Source of the DNA: Bacillales bacterium
GTDB lineage: Bacteria; Bacillota; Bacilli; Bacillales; DASSOY01
NCBI GenBank assembly: GCA_035700025.1
Contig: DASSOY010000012.1
Coordinates: 47,191 to 111,190 of the forward strand
Length of the DNA: 64,000 bases
Direction of reading: 5' to 3'
Shown: positions 45,800-56,257 of the stretch, piece by piece
Layout of the letters: every line of letters starts with the position of its first letter
How positions within the stretch are numbered: position 1 is the first letter of the stretch
Made by a program: the position numbers and the translations under genes
Notes under the pieces: generated by a model
The model's input: the letters and a program-made list of their open reading frames with translations, nothing else
The model's database searches: none
What the model was told of the DNA's origin: nothing

Positions 45800-47152
45800 A
45801 TGGAAAGAACACATTTGATGGAATCGACACGCAAAGCACTGCGGAAATATACGATCACGACTGTTTTGAATCAATACGATGCGGATTTGCTCGGCCTGTC
45901 GAAGGACCACCAGCGTACAAAATATCAAAAGATGGCGAAGAGTCCGTTTCAGTTTTTCCGCGGAAGCGCCTATCTTTTCTATTTCGATGTTATGCAGCTG
46001 CCGATCTCCTTTAATACGCCTCCCGATAAACCGACGCGTCTTCAAGGGGATTTGCACTTTGAAAACTTCGGGGCGTTCATGAATCAAGACGGAGAAATCG
46101 TTTTTGACGCCAACGACTTTGACGAAGGTTACGTCGGCTCTTATTTGTACGATGTATTTCGAATGACGGCGAGCATCGCGCTGTACAGTGAGCAGCTCGG
46201 CTATGACGAGAATGGACAGGAACAATGGATTCGCCATTATGTTGAGGCTTATGTTAATCAATTGAAAAACTTCGCTGCCGCGGTTGATCCGAGTACGTTC
46301 ACCTTCACAGAAACCAATACAGAAGGACCGGTACGTGATATTTTGCAACAAATTCGCGAACGAAATGCCGAAGAGGCGCTAATGAACGTGACAACCATTG
46401 AAAACGGGAGACGAAGATTTAAAACGTCCGATTCGATGATCGCACTCGATCCGAAAGAACGGATGGCTTTTGAAGAAGTTTGGCCAGCGTATCTCGCTTC
46501 ACTTGGGGAAAGGGCGAAAGGAAAAGACTATTTCGAGGTGAAAGATGTCGTTAAAAAAATCGGATCAGGCACGGGATCGATCGGATTGACTCGTTATTAC
46601 GTGTTAATTGAAGGAGAAAAAGACGGACGGCACAGAGACGATATCGTCCTTGAAGCGAAGGAAGCAAGGGCACCGGCGCCTTCTCACTTGTACAAGTTCG
46701 AGAATGTCGACGATCGCTATACGCATCAAGGAAGACGCGTTGTGGAAACGCAAAGAGCGATGCAATATTTGGAAGACCCTTTCCTCGGTTATTTTTCGAT
46801 TGACGGCCATGATTTCTATGTTCGTGAATTTTCCCCGTTCGTCGGCGAACTCGATGCGGAACCGCTGGCCGCTGCCGAAAACATGAAACATACGGTTGAG
46901 ACGATGGGCAAGGTGACGGCTAAATTTCATGCGCGCGCCGACATCGACGCTGAAGACGATTTATTGAACCACGATAGTGAACAGGCGATCCTTGAGGCGA
47001 TTGGCGAGAATATCGAACCTTTCGTTGCCGAACTGGTAAAATGGGCGTTGTATTATAAAATTCGCGTACACGAAGATCATCAACTGTTTTTGGATTGGCT
47101 TGAGGAAGAATTTCAATCCACGGCTGATCACACAAAAGCGGATGTCAATTAA
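45800..47152 (+). CDS. DUF2252 domain protein
   Basis: KMAKSPFQFFRGSAYLFY...LQGDLHFENFGAF is typical of DUF2252. The start is the ATG at 45800 (GGAGGG 9 nt upstream). Confidence 0.8.
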   Translation: MERTHLMESTRKALRKYTITTVLNQYDADLLGLSKDHQRTKYQKMAKSPFQFFRGSAYLFYFDVMQLPISFNTPPDKPTRLQGDLHFENFGAFMNQDGEIVFDANDFDEGYVGSYLYDVFRMTASIALYSEQLGYDENGQEQWIRHYVEAYVNQLKNFAAAVDPSTFTFTETNTEGPVRDILQQIRERNAEEALMNVTTIENGRRRFKTSDSMIALDPKERMAFEEVWPAYLASLGERAKGKDYFEVKDVVKKIGSGTGSIGLTRYYVLIEGEKDGRHRDDIVLEAKEARAPAPSHLYKFENVDDRYTHQGRRVVETQRAMQYLEDPFLGYFSIDGHDFYVREFSPFVGELDAEPLAAAENMKHTVETMGKVTAKFHARADIDAEDDLLNHDSEQAILEAIGENIEPFVAELVKWALYYKIRVHEDHQLFLDWLEEEFQSTADHTKADVN

Positions 47153-47170
47153 GACACCCGCTTTTTCTTT
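47137..47170 (+). terminator. Probable terminator overlapping the DUF2252 stop
   Basis: AGCGGATGTC aattaa GACACCCGCT (one mismatch) followed by TTTTTCTTT. Confidence 0.55.
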
Positions 47171-47193
47171 AAATGAGTACGGTACGTGAAATT

Positions 47194-47841
47194 TCAGTCG
47201 AACCATTTGTTTTTCATTGCCAAAATCGCGGCCTGGGTCCGATCATGAAGGTCAAGTTTGCTCAAAAGGTTGCTGACGTGCGTCTTCACCGTCTTTTCCG
47301 TAATGTACAAGTCATGAGCAATTTCTTTGTTGCTTTTGCCGAGCGTAATTTGTTCGAGTACCTCTTTCTCTCTCGGCGTCAGTTCGCTCGGACATAGAGG
47401 GGCCGTGGTTTCTACTCCATCACCGCTGACATGACTGAGCAATTGCTGCGTCGCTTCGGGATGCAGCAGCTTTTCCCCGCGGTAGGCGGCTCGAATCGTA
47501 TTGGCAAGTGCTTCTGGACGTATATCTTTCAACTGATACCCTTCGGCACCGGCACGAATCGCGGGAACGACATGATCTTGATCAGAGAAACTTGTCAATA
47601 TGATGATTTTCACGTTCGGATTTCGTTGTTTGATCACCTTCGTAGCTTCGATTCCGTCCATATCCGGCATCATGAGATCCATCAAGATGACGTCCGGTTT
47701 TTCCTGTTCACATAACTGAACCGCCTCGCGTCCGTTGGAAGCTTCTCCAACGATACGAAACTCTTTTTGCGTTCCGAGAAAAAAGCGAAGCCCTTGCAAA
47801 ACTACGAGATGATCATCCGCCAATAAAACTTTAATCGCCAT
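47194..47841 (-). CDS. Two-component response regulator, NarL/FixJ (LuxR-type HTH) family
   Basis: A receiver domain (KVLLADDH...DVILMDLMMPDMDG) is followed by a C-terminal LTPREKEVLEQITLGKSNKEIAHDLYITEKTVKTHV. Confidence 0.9.
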   Translation of the reverse strand: MAIKVLLADDHLVVLQGLRFFLGTQKEFRIVGEASNGREAVQLCEQEKPDVILMDLMMPDMDGIEATKVIKQRNPNVKIIILTSFSDQDHVVPAIRAGAEGYQLKDIRPEALANTIRAAYRGEKLLHPEATQQLLSHVSGDGVETTAPLCPSELTPREKEVLEQITLGKSNKEIAHDLYITEKTVKTHVSNLLSKLDLHDRTQAAILAMKNKWFD

Positions 47842-48985
47842 CCCCATCCCTGCCTTCCTTCTTTTCGATCGGAAACGAAACCGTAACGATCGTTCCTCTT
47901 CCCGGTTCACTTTCCATTCGGAAAGCGCCTCCTAACGACTCGCAGCGTGCTTTCATGTTTTCGATACCAAATGACGCTCCCCGCAGATGTTGCTCCAAAC
48001 GAAACCCTTTTCCGTCGTCTGAGATTGTCAATACGAGCTTTCCGCCGGATACGACCTGGCCGATATGAACCTTTCTTGCATCGGCATGTTTTTTTACGTT
48101 GTTCAACGCTTCTTGGCCGATTCTCCATAACGTTTCTTCGACTTCCCGCGGCAAATGGAGGACGCCTGCAAGTGACGTTTCGGTTTCAAGGCCGAGAAAC
48201 TTTCCGTAATTCGCTAACGCGGTAATGACGCCCTCTTCCAAACCTGCCGGACGCAGCTGCCAAATCAGCGATCTCATTTCCAACAATACTTCATGAGAAA
48301 GCTCGTCGATCCGATCTAACGATTGCAGCAGTTGCGCTTTGTCATGGACTGACTCCCGAGCACCTCGTGCCATTAACGCAAGCGAAAACAGCTTCTGATT
48401 CACCGAATCATGCAAATCGCGCGAAAGCCGAGTTCTTTCGTCAATTAAAGAACGTTCCTTTTCCTTTTCGGCCAAACGGATTCTTTTCACCGCGGTTCCA
48501 ATTTGAAACGCGACCGCTTGCAGCAGCGTTAATTCTTTTTCCGTAAACTCATTTTTATGGGGGGAGGCGACGTTTAACAATCCGAACGTTTCGTTCCCTG
48601 CGGATAAAGGGATCGTCGCGTGATGACGGAGTCCACAGCGATCGCCGCGATTATGAATTCTCGCGTCTTCGAGCCGCCGGCATTCAATAATGTTGACCGG
48701 TTCCTGCAAATTTCCCGCCCAATATTGATTCAAACAAAAACAAACCCCCGTATGCATCGGTTTCTTGTCATCGCAGGCGAGCGCCGGCGGAAGCTGATGG
48801 TCTGCCGCGAATTGATAGTAAGGTTTTTCGCCGACAAGAAAGATCCATCCTGTGGACAAATCTGTCACAGCCAACAATTTTCCCAAGACCGCTTGAAGCA
48901 TTTCGGGAAGATCATTGGAGCGGTTCAACGTTTCCGCGATCACTTTCAGCGTCATTAATTCTTGCAGATCGTCTGCTTTTCCCAT
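47831..48985 (-). CDS. Cytoplasmic GAF-domain sensor histidine kinase (HisKA_3 / NarX-DegS type)
   Basis: An N-terminal GAF-like domain is followed by the H-box LSRDLHDSVNQKL and the HATPase_c N and G boxes. No TM segments are present. It overlaps the regulator gene by 11 nt. Confidence 0.85.
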   Translation of the reverse strand: MGKADDLQELMTLKVIAETLNRSNDLPEMLQAVLGKLLAVTDLSTGWIFLVGEKPYYQFAADHQLPPALACDDKKPMHTGVCFCLNQYWAGNLQEPVNIIECRRLEDARIHNRGDRCGLRHHATIPLSAGNETFGLLNVASPHKNEFTEKELTLLQAVAFQIGTAVKRIRLAEKEKERSLIDERTRLSRDLHDSVNQKLFSLALMARGARESVHDKAQLLQSLDRIDELSHEVLLEMRSLIWQLRPAGLEEGVITALANYGKFLGLETETSLAGVLHLPREVEETLWRIGQEALNNVKKHADARKVHIGQVVSGGKLVLTISDDGKGFRLEQHLRGASFGIENMKARCESLGGAFRMESEPGRGTIVTVSFPIEKKEGRDGDGD

Positions 48986-49198
48986 CGTTCTCGCCTCCGT
49001 GTTCGTTTGCTGAACCATAACGGCCCGAATCCGAATGTTGCCGATCCGTCAGCCTCCTCTATGATTATAGCAAATCTACAAACAGAGCAAAGATGGGTTC
49101 CCTTTAATTGGGATTGCAGGTAGTTTCTTCGCCATCCAAAGACACCCACATCTTTCAATCATTGTCCTCGAATTACTTTTGTTGAAAAGGAGGGAAAT

Positions 49199-50002
49199 TT
49201 GTTGAAAAAAATTTGCACGCTGTTCATTGCCGGTTTCTTCGCATTGGCTCTTTTATTGCCGTCTTCCGTAAATGCTGCGACTTCTTCCGACTACACGGTT
49301 CAAGCTGGTGATACGATGTGGAAGATCTCCCAGCGTTTTCACGTAAGCTATGGCGCACTGGTGAAAGCAAATCCACAAATCGAGAACCCTTCGTTGATTT
49401 ACGTCGGCCAAACGGTCCATATCCCGGCGGCCAATGATGGAGATTATTATGTACAACGCGGCGACACGATGTGGAAAATTTCGCAAAAATTCGGTGTCAG
49501 TTATTCGAGCCTGTTGAAAGCGAATCCGCAAATCGAAAATCCGTCGCTCATTTACGTTGGACAAGTCGTTCATATTCCGCAAGGTTCATCATCCGGAGAA
49601 TCCGACAGTTATACGTTAAACGCATACGAGCAGAAAGTTGTTGAGTTGACGAACAAGGAAAGAACGTCTCGGGGACTTCCGGCCTTGAAAGTATCGGCCA
49701 AACTGTCGAAAATGGCAAGAATAAAAGCCGCCGACATGCGCGACAATCATTACTTTTCACATACATCGCCGACATACGGTTCACCGTTCGAGATGATGAA
49801 AAAATTCGGAATCTCTTACACGTACGCCGGTGAGAACATCGCAGCCGGACAACCAACTCCGCAAGAAGTCGTCAATGCTTGGATGAACAGTTCCGGGCAC
49901 CGTGCCAACATTTTAAACAGTCATTACACTTATATTGGGGTAGGCTATGTTAAAGGTGGTTCGTACGGATCTTATTGGACGCAAGAATTCATCAGAAACT
50001 AA
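49199..50002 (+). CDS. Secreted protein with two LysM domains and a C-terminal CAP/SCP (YkwD-like) domain
   Basis: A signal peptide is followed by two repeats (YTVQAGDTMWKISQRF...KANPQIENPSLIYVGQTVHIP and YYVQRGDTMWKISQKF...). The CAP block is paralogous to 11117-11821. Confidence 0.85.
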   Translation: MLKKICTLFIAGFFALALLLPSSVNAATSSDYTVQAGDTMWKISQRFHVSYGALVKANPQIENPSLIYVGQTVHIPAANDGDYYVQRGDTMWKISQKFGVSYSSLLKANPQIENPSLIYVGQVVHIPQGSSSGESDSYTLNAYEQKVVELTNKERTSRGLPALKVSAKLSKMARIKAADMRDNHYFSHTSPTYGSPFEMMKKFGISYTYAGENIAAGQPTPQEVVNAWMNSSGHRANILNSHYTYIGVGYVKGGSYGSYWTQEFIRN

Positions 50003-50021
50003 TACACCTCATCATGTACCG

Positions 50022-50051
50022 GACACTCAAAGCGTTTTGGGTGTCTTTTTT
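50022..50051 (+). terminator. Intrinsic terminator after the LysM-CAP gene
   Basis: ACACTCAAA gcg TTTGGGTGT followed by CTTTTTT. Confidence 0.8.
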
Positions 50052-50069
50052 ACTTCTCAAAAAGCGATG

Positions 50070-50103
50070 CAAAAAAAATTTCCGCCAATCCCAGTTGGCG
50101 GAA
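50070..50103 (-). terminator. Intrinsic terminator after the glutamate synthase small-subunit gene
   Basis: Minus strand: TTCCGCCAA ctggga TTGGCGGAA followed by ATTTTTTTT. Confidence 0.8.
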
Positions 50104-50130
50104 TGATAAAGGAGGTCTTATTTCTAAAGC

Positions 50131-51615
50131 CTATGGTAAATTCGTTGTTCGCATCAAATAACGGTCACATTCCCGCGCCGCTTCACGACCTTCATTGATC
50201 GCCCATACGATCAAACTTTGCCCTCTGCGTACGTCGCCGGCGGCAAAAACGCCTTCCACGTTCGTCCGATAATCCCCGCACGCGGCTTTTACGTTTGTGC
50301 GCCCGTCCTGTTCCAGGCCGAAATGGCGAATGACTTCTTGTTCCGGACCTTCGAACCCAATCGCGATCAACACGAGATCGACCGGCCAAACTTTTTCCGT
50401 TCCGGGAATTTCTTGCAACGTCACTTGCTCGTTTTCGTCGATTTCTTTCTTCGTTTTTACCGTCAACAATTCTTTCACATGACCGTTTTCATCACCTCTG
50501 AACTCCATCGTATGGATCGCATATTCTCTTGGATCTTTTCCGAATTTTGCTTCCGCTTCTTTATAAGCATAATCCATCGTGAAGACGAGCGGCTGTTCCG
50601 GCCACGGATTGTCATCGCCGCGTTTGAGCGGGAGCCGCGGATGTTTGCCGAATTGAACGACGCTTTTGCAACCGTGCCGCAGTGCTGTAGCAACACAGTC
50701 AGCTCCGGTGTCTCCTCCGCCGATGACGACAACATTTTTGCCTTTAGCGGAAAGATATTGGCCGTCTTCCAAATTGGAGTTCAACAAGCTTTTCGTATTT
50801 TTCACCAAATAATCCATCGCAAAATGGATGCCTTTCAAATGGTTACCTTTCAATTGCAATTCACGTTGTTTTGTCGCACCTGTACACACGATGACAGCGT
50901 CATGACGTTTGCGAAGCTCTTCGCGAGTCACGTCCTTGCCAATCTCTGTGTTCAACTCGAACGTGATGCCTTCTTTTTTTAATAAATCCACTCTTCTCCA
51001 TACAATTTCTTTTTCGAGTTTCATATTCGGAATTCCGTACATGAGCAATCCACCCGGCCGGTCATCTCTTTCGTAAACAACAACCGTGTGGCCCGCTTTG
51101 TTCAATTGTGCAGCTGCCGCAAGCCCTGCAGGTCCCGAACCGATCACCGCAACGCTTTTTCCCGTGCGTCTTTGCGGAGGTTCCGGAACGATCCACCCTT
51201 CCTCAAATCCTTTATCGATGATCGCCTGCTCGATGTTTTTGATTGTGACCGCCGAGTCATTCAAGGAAACCGTGCACGAACCTTCACAAGGCGCGGGGCA
51301 AACCCTGCCCGTAAACTCCGGAAAATTGTTCGTTTTTAACAATCGGTCAAGCGCTTCTTTCCAGCGGCCGCGATAGACGAGATCGTTCCACTCCGGAATC
51401 AAATTGTGCAAAGGACAGCCGAAGGAAGCCGCATCGAATTCAATGCCAAGGTGACAATACGGGGTGGCACAATCCATACAGCGAGCCCCCTGGCGCTCCA
51501 ATTTTTCCTCGGGCATCGGCAGTTGGTATTCTTTCCAGTCTTGCAACCTTTCGACCGGATCCCGGTTTTCCGGCGTCTCCCGATCATATTCAATGAAACC
51601 TGTCTTTTTTCCCAA
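50131..51615 (-). CDS. gltD: Glutamate synthase (NADPH) small subunit
   Basis: The Fe-S Cys clusters ([18 protein letters not shown]) and [14 protein letters not shown] are present. The TTG start has AAGGAGGG 7 nt upstream. This is B. subtilis gltB. Confidence 0.95.
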   Translation of the reverse strand: MGKKTGFIEYDRETPENRDPVERLQDWKEYQLPMPEEKLERQGARCMDCATPYCHLGIEFDAASFGCPLHNLIPEWNDLVYRGRWKEALDRLLKTNNFPEFTGRVCPAPCEGSCTVSLNDSAVTIKNIEQAIIDKGFEEGWIVPEPPQRRTGKSVAVIGSGPAGLAAAAQLNKAGHTVVVYERDDRPGGLLMYGIPNMKLEKEIVWRRVDLLKKEGITFELNTEIGKDVTREELRKRHDAVIVCTGATKQRELQLKGNHLKGIHFAMDYLVKNTKSLLNSNLEDGQYLSAKGKNVVVIGGGDTGADCVATALRHGCKSVVQFGKHPRLPLKRGDDNPWPEQPLVFTMDYAYKEAEAKFGKDPREYAIHTMEFRGDENGHVKELLTVKTKKEIDENEQVTLQEIPGTEKVWPVDLVLIAIGFEGPEQEVIRHFGLEQDGRTNVKAACGDYRTNVEGVFAAGDVRRGQSLIVWAINEGREAARECDRYLMRTTNLP

Positions 51616-51652
51616 CCGCTGACCCTCCTTACTTTCCCTTATCGGGAAATCT

Positions 51653-54600
51653 TCAGTTTTCTACCGGTTCCCGTCGTTCTTCGACAATCGCTTCAACGGA
51701 AATGCCGGATTTTCTCATCTCGAACGCCGCCATTGCCGCATCTTCGTCGTTCAAACCGAGCCGTTTCGCGTGCTCGATCGATTGAAGCATTTGTTTATAA
51801 TCTTTCGGGATCACTTTAATCATTCTAGCAACCGTCTCGTTCCAGTGATGCAACGCCATTTTGCCCATCGTGCTGTTCGTGTGCGCGACATGATTTTCGA
51901 TCATGCGTTTCACTTCGTTAATCTCGTCATACGATTGCAAAGATTCCAATTCAACCATGCCGGGATTGCATGAGTTACGGAATCCTTCTTCGCCGTCAAC
52001 GGGAAGGACGTAGGCGATGCCTCCTGACATGCCTGCGGCGAAATTTTTTCCGACCGAACCAAGAACGACGACACGCCCGCCTGTCATGTATTCGCATCCG
52101 TGATTGCCTATGCCTTCGACCACGGCGCGGACACCGCTGTTTCTTACGCAAAACCTTTCACCCGCGCGCCCGTTGATGTATGCTTCACCGGAAGTCGCAC
52201 CGTAAAAAGCGACATTGCCGATGGCGATGTTATCAGACGCGGAATAGGACGCCTTTTTCGACGGATGGATGATGATTGTTCCGCCTGACAATCCTTTTCC
52301 GACGTAATCGTTGGCATCTCCTTCGAGATGAAGCGTGATGCCTCTCGGCACGAAAGCCCCAAAGCTTTGTCCCGCAGATCCTTTGAAATACAAATTGATC
52401 GTGTTTTCCGGCAGTCCTTCAGCGCCATAGCGCTTTGTCACTTCATGCCCGAGCATTGTGCCGACAACGCGGTTCGTATTCTTTATCGGCAACACCGCGC
52501 GGACCGGCTTGCGCTCATGAAGCGCCGGCGCACATATCTCGATCAACTCTTGGCGATCGATCGCAAGATCCAGCTGGTGATCTTGCTCGCGTTGTTTGTA
52601 TCTTCCGATCGTCTCCGCAACATTCGGCCGGTGCAGCAATTGACTTAAGTCTAGCGATTGCGCTTTCCAATGCGTTTTCGCCTTTTCGCTGACATGCAAC
52701 TGATCCGTTCTGCCGATCATTTCATCAATCGTGCGAAATCCAAGCATTGCCATAATTTCACGAACTTCTTGTGCAATAAACGTCATGAAATTCACAATGT
52801 GATCCGGTGTTCCCATGAACTTCTTTCGCAGTTCGGGATCTTGCGTGGCAATGCCTACCGGACATGTGTTCAAGTGACAGGCACGCATAATGACGCAACC
52901 AAGTGCGACAAGCGGTCCTGTTGAAAAGCCGTATTCTTCGGCACCTAATAGGGCAGCCATGACGACGTCGCGTCCAGTCATCATTTTTCCGTCCGTTTCG
53001 AGGACGACGCGGTCGCGAAGATCGTTCAATACAAGCGTTTGGTGCGTTTCCGATAACCCGAGCTCCCACGGGAGACCAGCGTTCTTAATACTTGTTCTCG
53101 CCGCTGCACCCGTTCCACCTTCGTATCCGCTGATCAAAATGACATCCGCTAAACCTTTCGCCACACCGGCGGCAATCGTTCCCACACCGGATTTCGATAC
53201 CAATTTTACATTAACTCGCGCACTCGGATTAGCATTTTTTAAATCATGAATCAATTGCGCGAGATCTTCGATCGAATAAATATCGTGATGCGGCGGCGGC
53301 GAAATTAACCCGACACCTGGCGTCGATCCGCGAACTTCAGCAATCCACGGATACACTTTCGATCCGGGCAATTGTCCGCCTTCTCCGGGTTTGGCCCCTT
53401 GCGCCACCTTAATTTGGATTTCATCGGCGTTCGTTAAATAATGGCTGGAAACACCGAAACGACCGGACGCGACTTGTTTGATCGAACTGCGGCGCAAGTC
53501 TCCGTTTGAATCCGGTGTAAACCGGTTTGGATCTTCGCCGCCTTCCCCGCTGTTGCTTCTTCCGCCAATACGGTTCATGGCGATGGCCAGTGCCTCATGC
53601 GCCTCTTGACTGATCGATCCGTATGACATCGCACCGGTTTTAAAACGGCGAAAGATCGATTCGACCGGCTCAACTTCTTCCAATGGGACCGGGTCGTTGT
53701 CATCAGCGAACGTCAGCATATCCCTGAGGAACGTAATTTCTTCTTCGTCGGCAAGCTGGGAATATTTTTTATACAATTCGTAGTCGTTTCTTCGAACTGC
53801 TTGCTGCAACGTATGAATCGTTTTCGCGTGAAACTTATGATATTCCCCGTCGTGGCGCCATTGAAAATCACTTCCAGAATCCAACGTACGCTCTTGAAAC
53901 CCTTGATTGTTATACGCGCGGCGGTGGCGCAACAACGTCTCTTCGGCAATGGTCTCCAGGCCGATGCCGCCGATTTGCGAAGCGGTCCCCGCAAAATATC
54001 GCTCAATTACATCCGAGCCGATCCCAATGGCTTCAAAGATTTGCGCGCCGCGATAACTTTGGATCGTGGAGATTCCCATTTTCGACAACACTTTCACCAC
54101 ACCGGAAATCGCGGTTTTTAAATAACGTTCGACCGCTTCCGGAAAATCATATCCGTCAATACTTCCATCACGAACCATTTGTTTGATTGCTGAAATGGCC
54201 AGATAAGGATTGACCGCATCTGCACCATAACCGATTAACATCGCGAATTGATGGACGTCCCGGGCTTCCCCCGTTTCGGCAATCAAGCTTACTTTCGTCC
54301 GCGTGCCATTGCGGATCAAATGATGATGCAACCCGGATACAGCCAGCAACATCGGAAGTGCCGCTTTCCGTTCATCCATGTTTTGGTCCGAAAGAACGAG
54401 AATCGTATGCCCGTCAGCGACAGCTTTATCGGCTTTGGCAAACAGTTGCTCAAGCGATGGCTCAAGGCCATCCGTCCCTTTGTCTGCCGGGAAAACGGCA
54501 GAAATCGTTTTTGCATGGAATGCCGGATGAGCGTTCGCACGCAATCTAGCCAACACATCATTGCCAATGAGCGGAGATTCCAAGCGAATGTGCTGGCAAC

Positions 54601-56257
54601 TCTGTGGAGTCGGTTCAAGCAAATTCCCTTCCGCTCCAATCGTCGTCATCGTGGAAGTGATCGATTCTTCCCGAATGCTGTCAATTGCAGGATTCGTCAC
54701 CTGCGCAAACAATTGCTTGAAATAATTGTAAAGCAACTGAGGTTTTTTCGACAATACGGCGAGCGGAGCGTCAAAACCCATCGAACCGACGGGATCTTTC
54801 TTTTCGGTGATCATCGGCAGGATGTTCTTGTTTAATTCCTCATACGTATAACCATGCGCCACTTGCCGCTGCAACAGTGTATCGTTTTCTACATCATGTT
54901 CGGCACGCACGTCCGGCAATTCGTTTACATGGACGAGGAAATGATTCAACCATTCGCGGTACGGATGTTCTTCAGCAATTCTTCGTTTCGCTTCCTCGTC
55001 AGGGACGATGCGCTGTTCGTGAAAATCTACAAGCAATAGTTGGCCGGGCTGAAGCCGGTCTTTATGCACGATCGTTTCTTCCGGTACGTCAAGCACGCCG
55101 ACTTCGGACGCATAAACGATATGGTCGTCGTTCGTAATGTAATAGCGCCCGGGGCGCAAACCGTTTCGATCAAGCATCGCACCGATTTGGGTGCCGTCGC
55201 AAAAAGCGATTGATGTCGGTCCGTCCCACGGTTCCATTAACATACTGTGATATTCATAAAACGCCTTGAGAGGATCTTCCATTGAATCGTCACGATCCCA
55301 CGGTTCTGGAATCATCATCATGGCAGCATGCGGCAAAGAACGGCCGCCGAGCGTCAAAAACTCGAGCACGCTGTCAAGTGCTGCTGAGTCGCTGCCTTCT
55401 GAATCAATGACAGGCAATAAGGAATCAATGTCCTCGCCAAAAGCATGGGATGCACATAACTTTTCCCTGGCATTCATCCAATTCATGTTTCCGCGCAACG
55501 TGTTGATTTCACCGTTATGAACAAGATAACGGTTCGGATGTGCGCGCTCCCAGCTCGGGAACGTGTTCGTGCTGAAGCGGGAATGCACTAATGCAAAATG
55601 AGAAACAAACGTTTCGTCTTGCAAATCGACGTAAAAGCGGTCAATTTGTTCAGGCATGAGCATTCCTTTGAATACGATCGTACGCGTCGACAAACTCGCC
55701 ACATAAAACGTTTCTTCGTCCGAAACGAAAGATGCGCACGACTTTTCCACTTGTTTGCGTATCAAATACAGTTTTCGTTCGAATTCAGTGCGGGATAAGT
55801 TTGCGTCCCCTTTTCCGATAAAAAGCTGCCGAATAAAAGGACGGCTTTCCAAGGCACTCTCCCCGCAAACAGATTCATCGACCGGTACCGTGCGCCAACC
55901 GAGCAGCTGCTGACCTTCCTTGGAAACCATCTCAGCAAATGATTGTTCACAACGGTTTCTCGTCATCGGATCCCTCGGCAAAAACACCATGGCCACGCCG
56001 TATTCCCCTTGCTCGGGAAGCGCAATATCGGTATGAGAAACAAAAAATTTATGCGGAATCGCGAGCATGATTCCCGCCCCATCGCCGCTCTTACCGTCAC
56101 TTCCTTTTCCGCCGCGGTGTTCTTGGCGTTGAAGCATCGTCAATCCTTTTTCTACTGTCTCGTGTGAAGCTCTTCCTTTTAGATTTGCAAAAAATCCGAT
56201 CCCGCACGCATCATGTTCGTAAATCGGATCATACAATCCTTGTCTTTTCTGTTTCAT
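51653..56257 (-). CDS. gltB: Glutamate synthase large subunit (1534 aa)
   Basis: It starts MKQKRQGLYDPIYEHDACGIGFFANLKG, with the Ntn amidotransferase Cys after processing. FMN and GXGXG domains follow. The start is the ATG at 56257 (GGAGGAGGGG 7 nt upstream). The track ORF extends 142 codons upstream through the promoter region. This is B. subtilis gltA. Confidence 0.95.
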   Translation of the reverse strand: MKQKRQGLYDPIYEHDACGIGFFANLKGRASHETVEKGLTMLQRQEHRGGKGSDGKSGDGAGIMLAIPHKFFVSHTDIALPEQGEYGVAMVFLPRDPMTRNRCEQSFAEMVSKEGQQLLGWRTVPVDESVCGESALESRPFIRQLFIGKGDANLSRTEFERKLYLIRKQVEKSCASFVSDEETFYVASLSTRTIVFKGMLMPEQIDRFYVDLQDETFVSHFALVHSRFSTNTFPSWERAHPNRYLVHNGEINTLRGNMNWMNAREKLCASHAFGEDIDSLLPVIDSEGSDSAALDSVLEFLTLGGRSLPHAAMMMIPEPWDRDDSMEDPLKAFYEYHSMLMEPWDGPTSIAFCDGTQIGAMLDRNGLRPGRYYITNDDHIVYASEVGVLDVPEETIVHKDRLQPGQLLLVDFHEQRIVPDEEAKRRIAEEHPYREWLNHFLVHVNELPDVRAEHDVENDTLLQRQVAHGYTYEELNKNILPMITEKKDPVGSMGFDAPLAVLSKKPQLLYNYFKQLFAQVTNPAIDSIREESITSTMTTIGAEGNLLEPTPQSCQHIRLESPLIGNDVLARLRANAHPAFHAKTISAVFPADKGTDGLEPSLEQLFAKADKAVADGHTILVLSDQNMDERKAALPMLLAVSGLHHHLIRNGTRTKVSLIAETGEARDVHQFAMLIGYGADAVNPYLAISAIKQMVRDGSIDGYDFPEAVERYLKTAISGVVKVLSKMGISTIQSYRGAQIFEAIGIGSDVIERYFAGTASQIGGIGLETIAEETLLRHRRAYNNQGFQERTLDSGSDFQWRHDGEYHKFHAKTIHTLQQAVRRNDYELYKKYSQLADEEEITFLRDMLTFADDNDPVPLEEVEPVESIFRRFKTGAMSYGSISQEAHEALAIAMNRIGGRSNSGEGGEDPNRFTPDSNGDLRRSSIKQVASGRFGVSSHYLTNADEIQIKVAQGAKPGEGGQLPGSKVYPWIAEVRGSTPGVGLISPPPHHDIYSIEDLAQLIHDLKNANPSARVNVKLVSKSGVGTIAAGVAKGLADVILISGYEGGTGAAARTSIKNAGLPWELGLSETHQTLVLNDLRDRVVLETDGKMMTGRDVVMAALLGAEEYGFSTGPLVALGCVIMRACHLNTCPVGIATQDPELRKKFMGTPDHIVNFMTFIAQEVREIMAMLGFRTIDEMIGRTDQLHVSEKAKTHWKAQSLDLSQLLHRPNVAETIGRYKQREQDHQLDLAIDRQELIEICAPALHERKPVRAVLPIKNTNRVVGTMLGHEVTKRYGAEGLPENTINLYFKGSAGQSFGAFVPRGITLHLEGDANDYVGKGLSGGTIIIHPSKKASYSASDNIAIGNVAFYGATSGEAYINGRAGERFCVRNSGVRAVVEGIGNHGCEYMTGGRVVVLGSVGKNFAAGMSGGIAYVLPVDGEEGFRNSCNPGMVELESLQSYDEINEVKRMIENHVAHTNSTMGKMALHHWNETVARMIKVIPKDYKQMLQSIEHAKRLGLNDEDAAMAAFEMRKSGISVEAIVEERREPVEN

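Noticed and set aside
45692-46351. 219-aa ORF antisense to the DUF2252 gene
   Set aside because: It is fully embedded antisense in a well-supported CDS. It has no RBS, a low-complexity composition and no recognisable motifs. The same reasoning applies to the long antisense ORFs at 40858-41607 (topB), 50218-50982 (gltD), 32649-33404 (RocB-like), 18271-18987 (nucleotidyltransferase / yjcZ region), 12516-13136 and 13161-13682 (inhA), and 22417-22932 / 23072-23656 (YcaQ-like).
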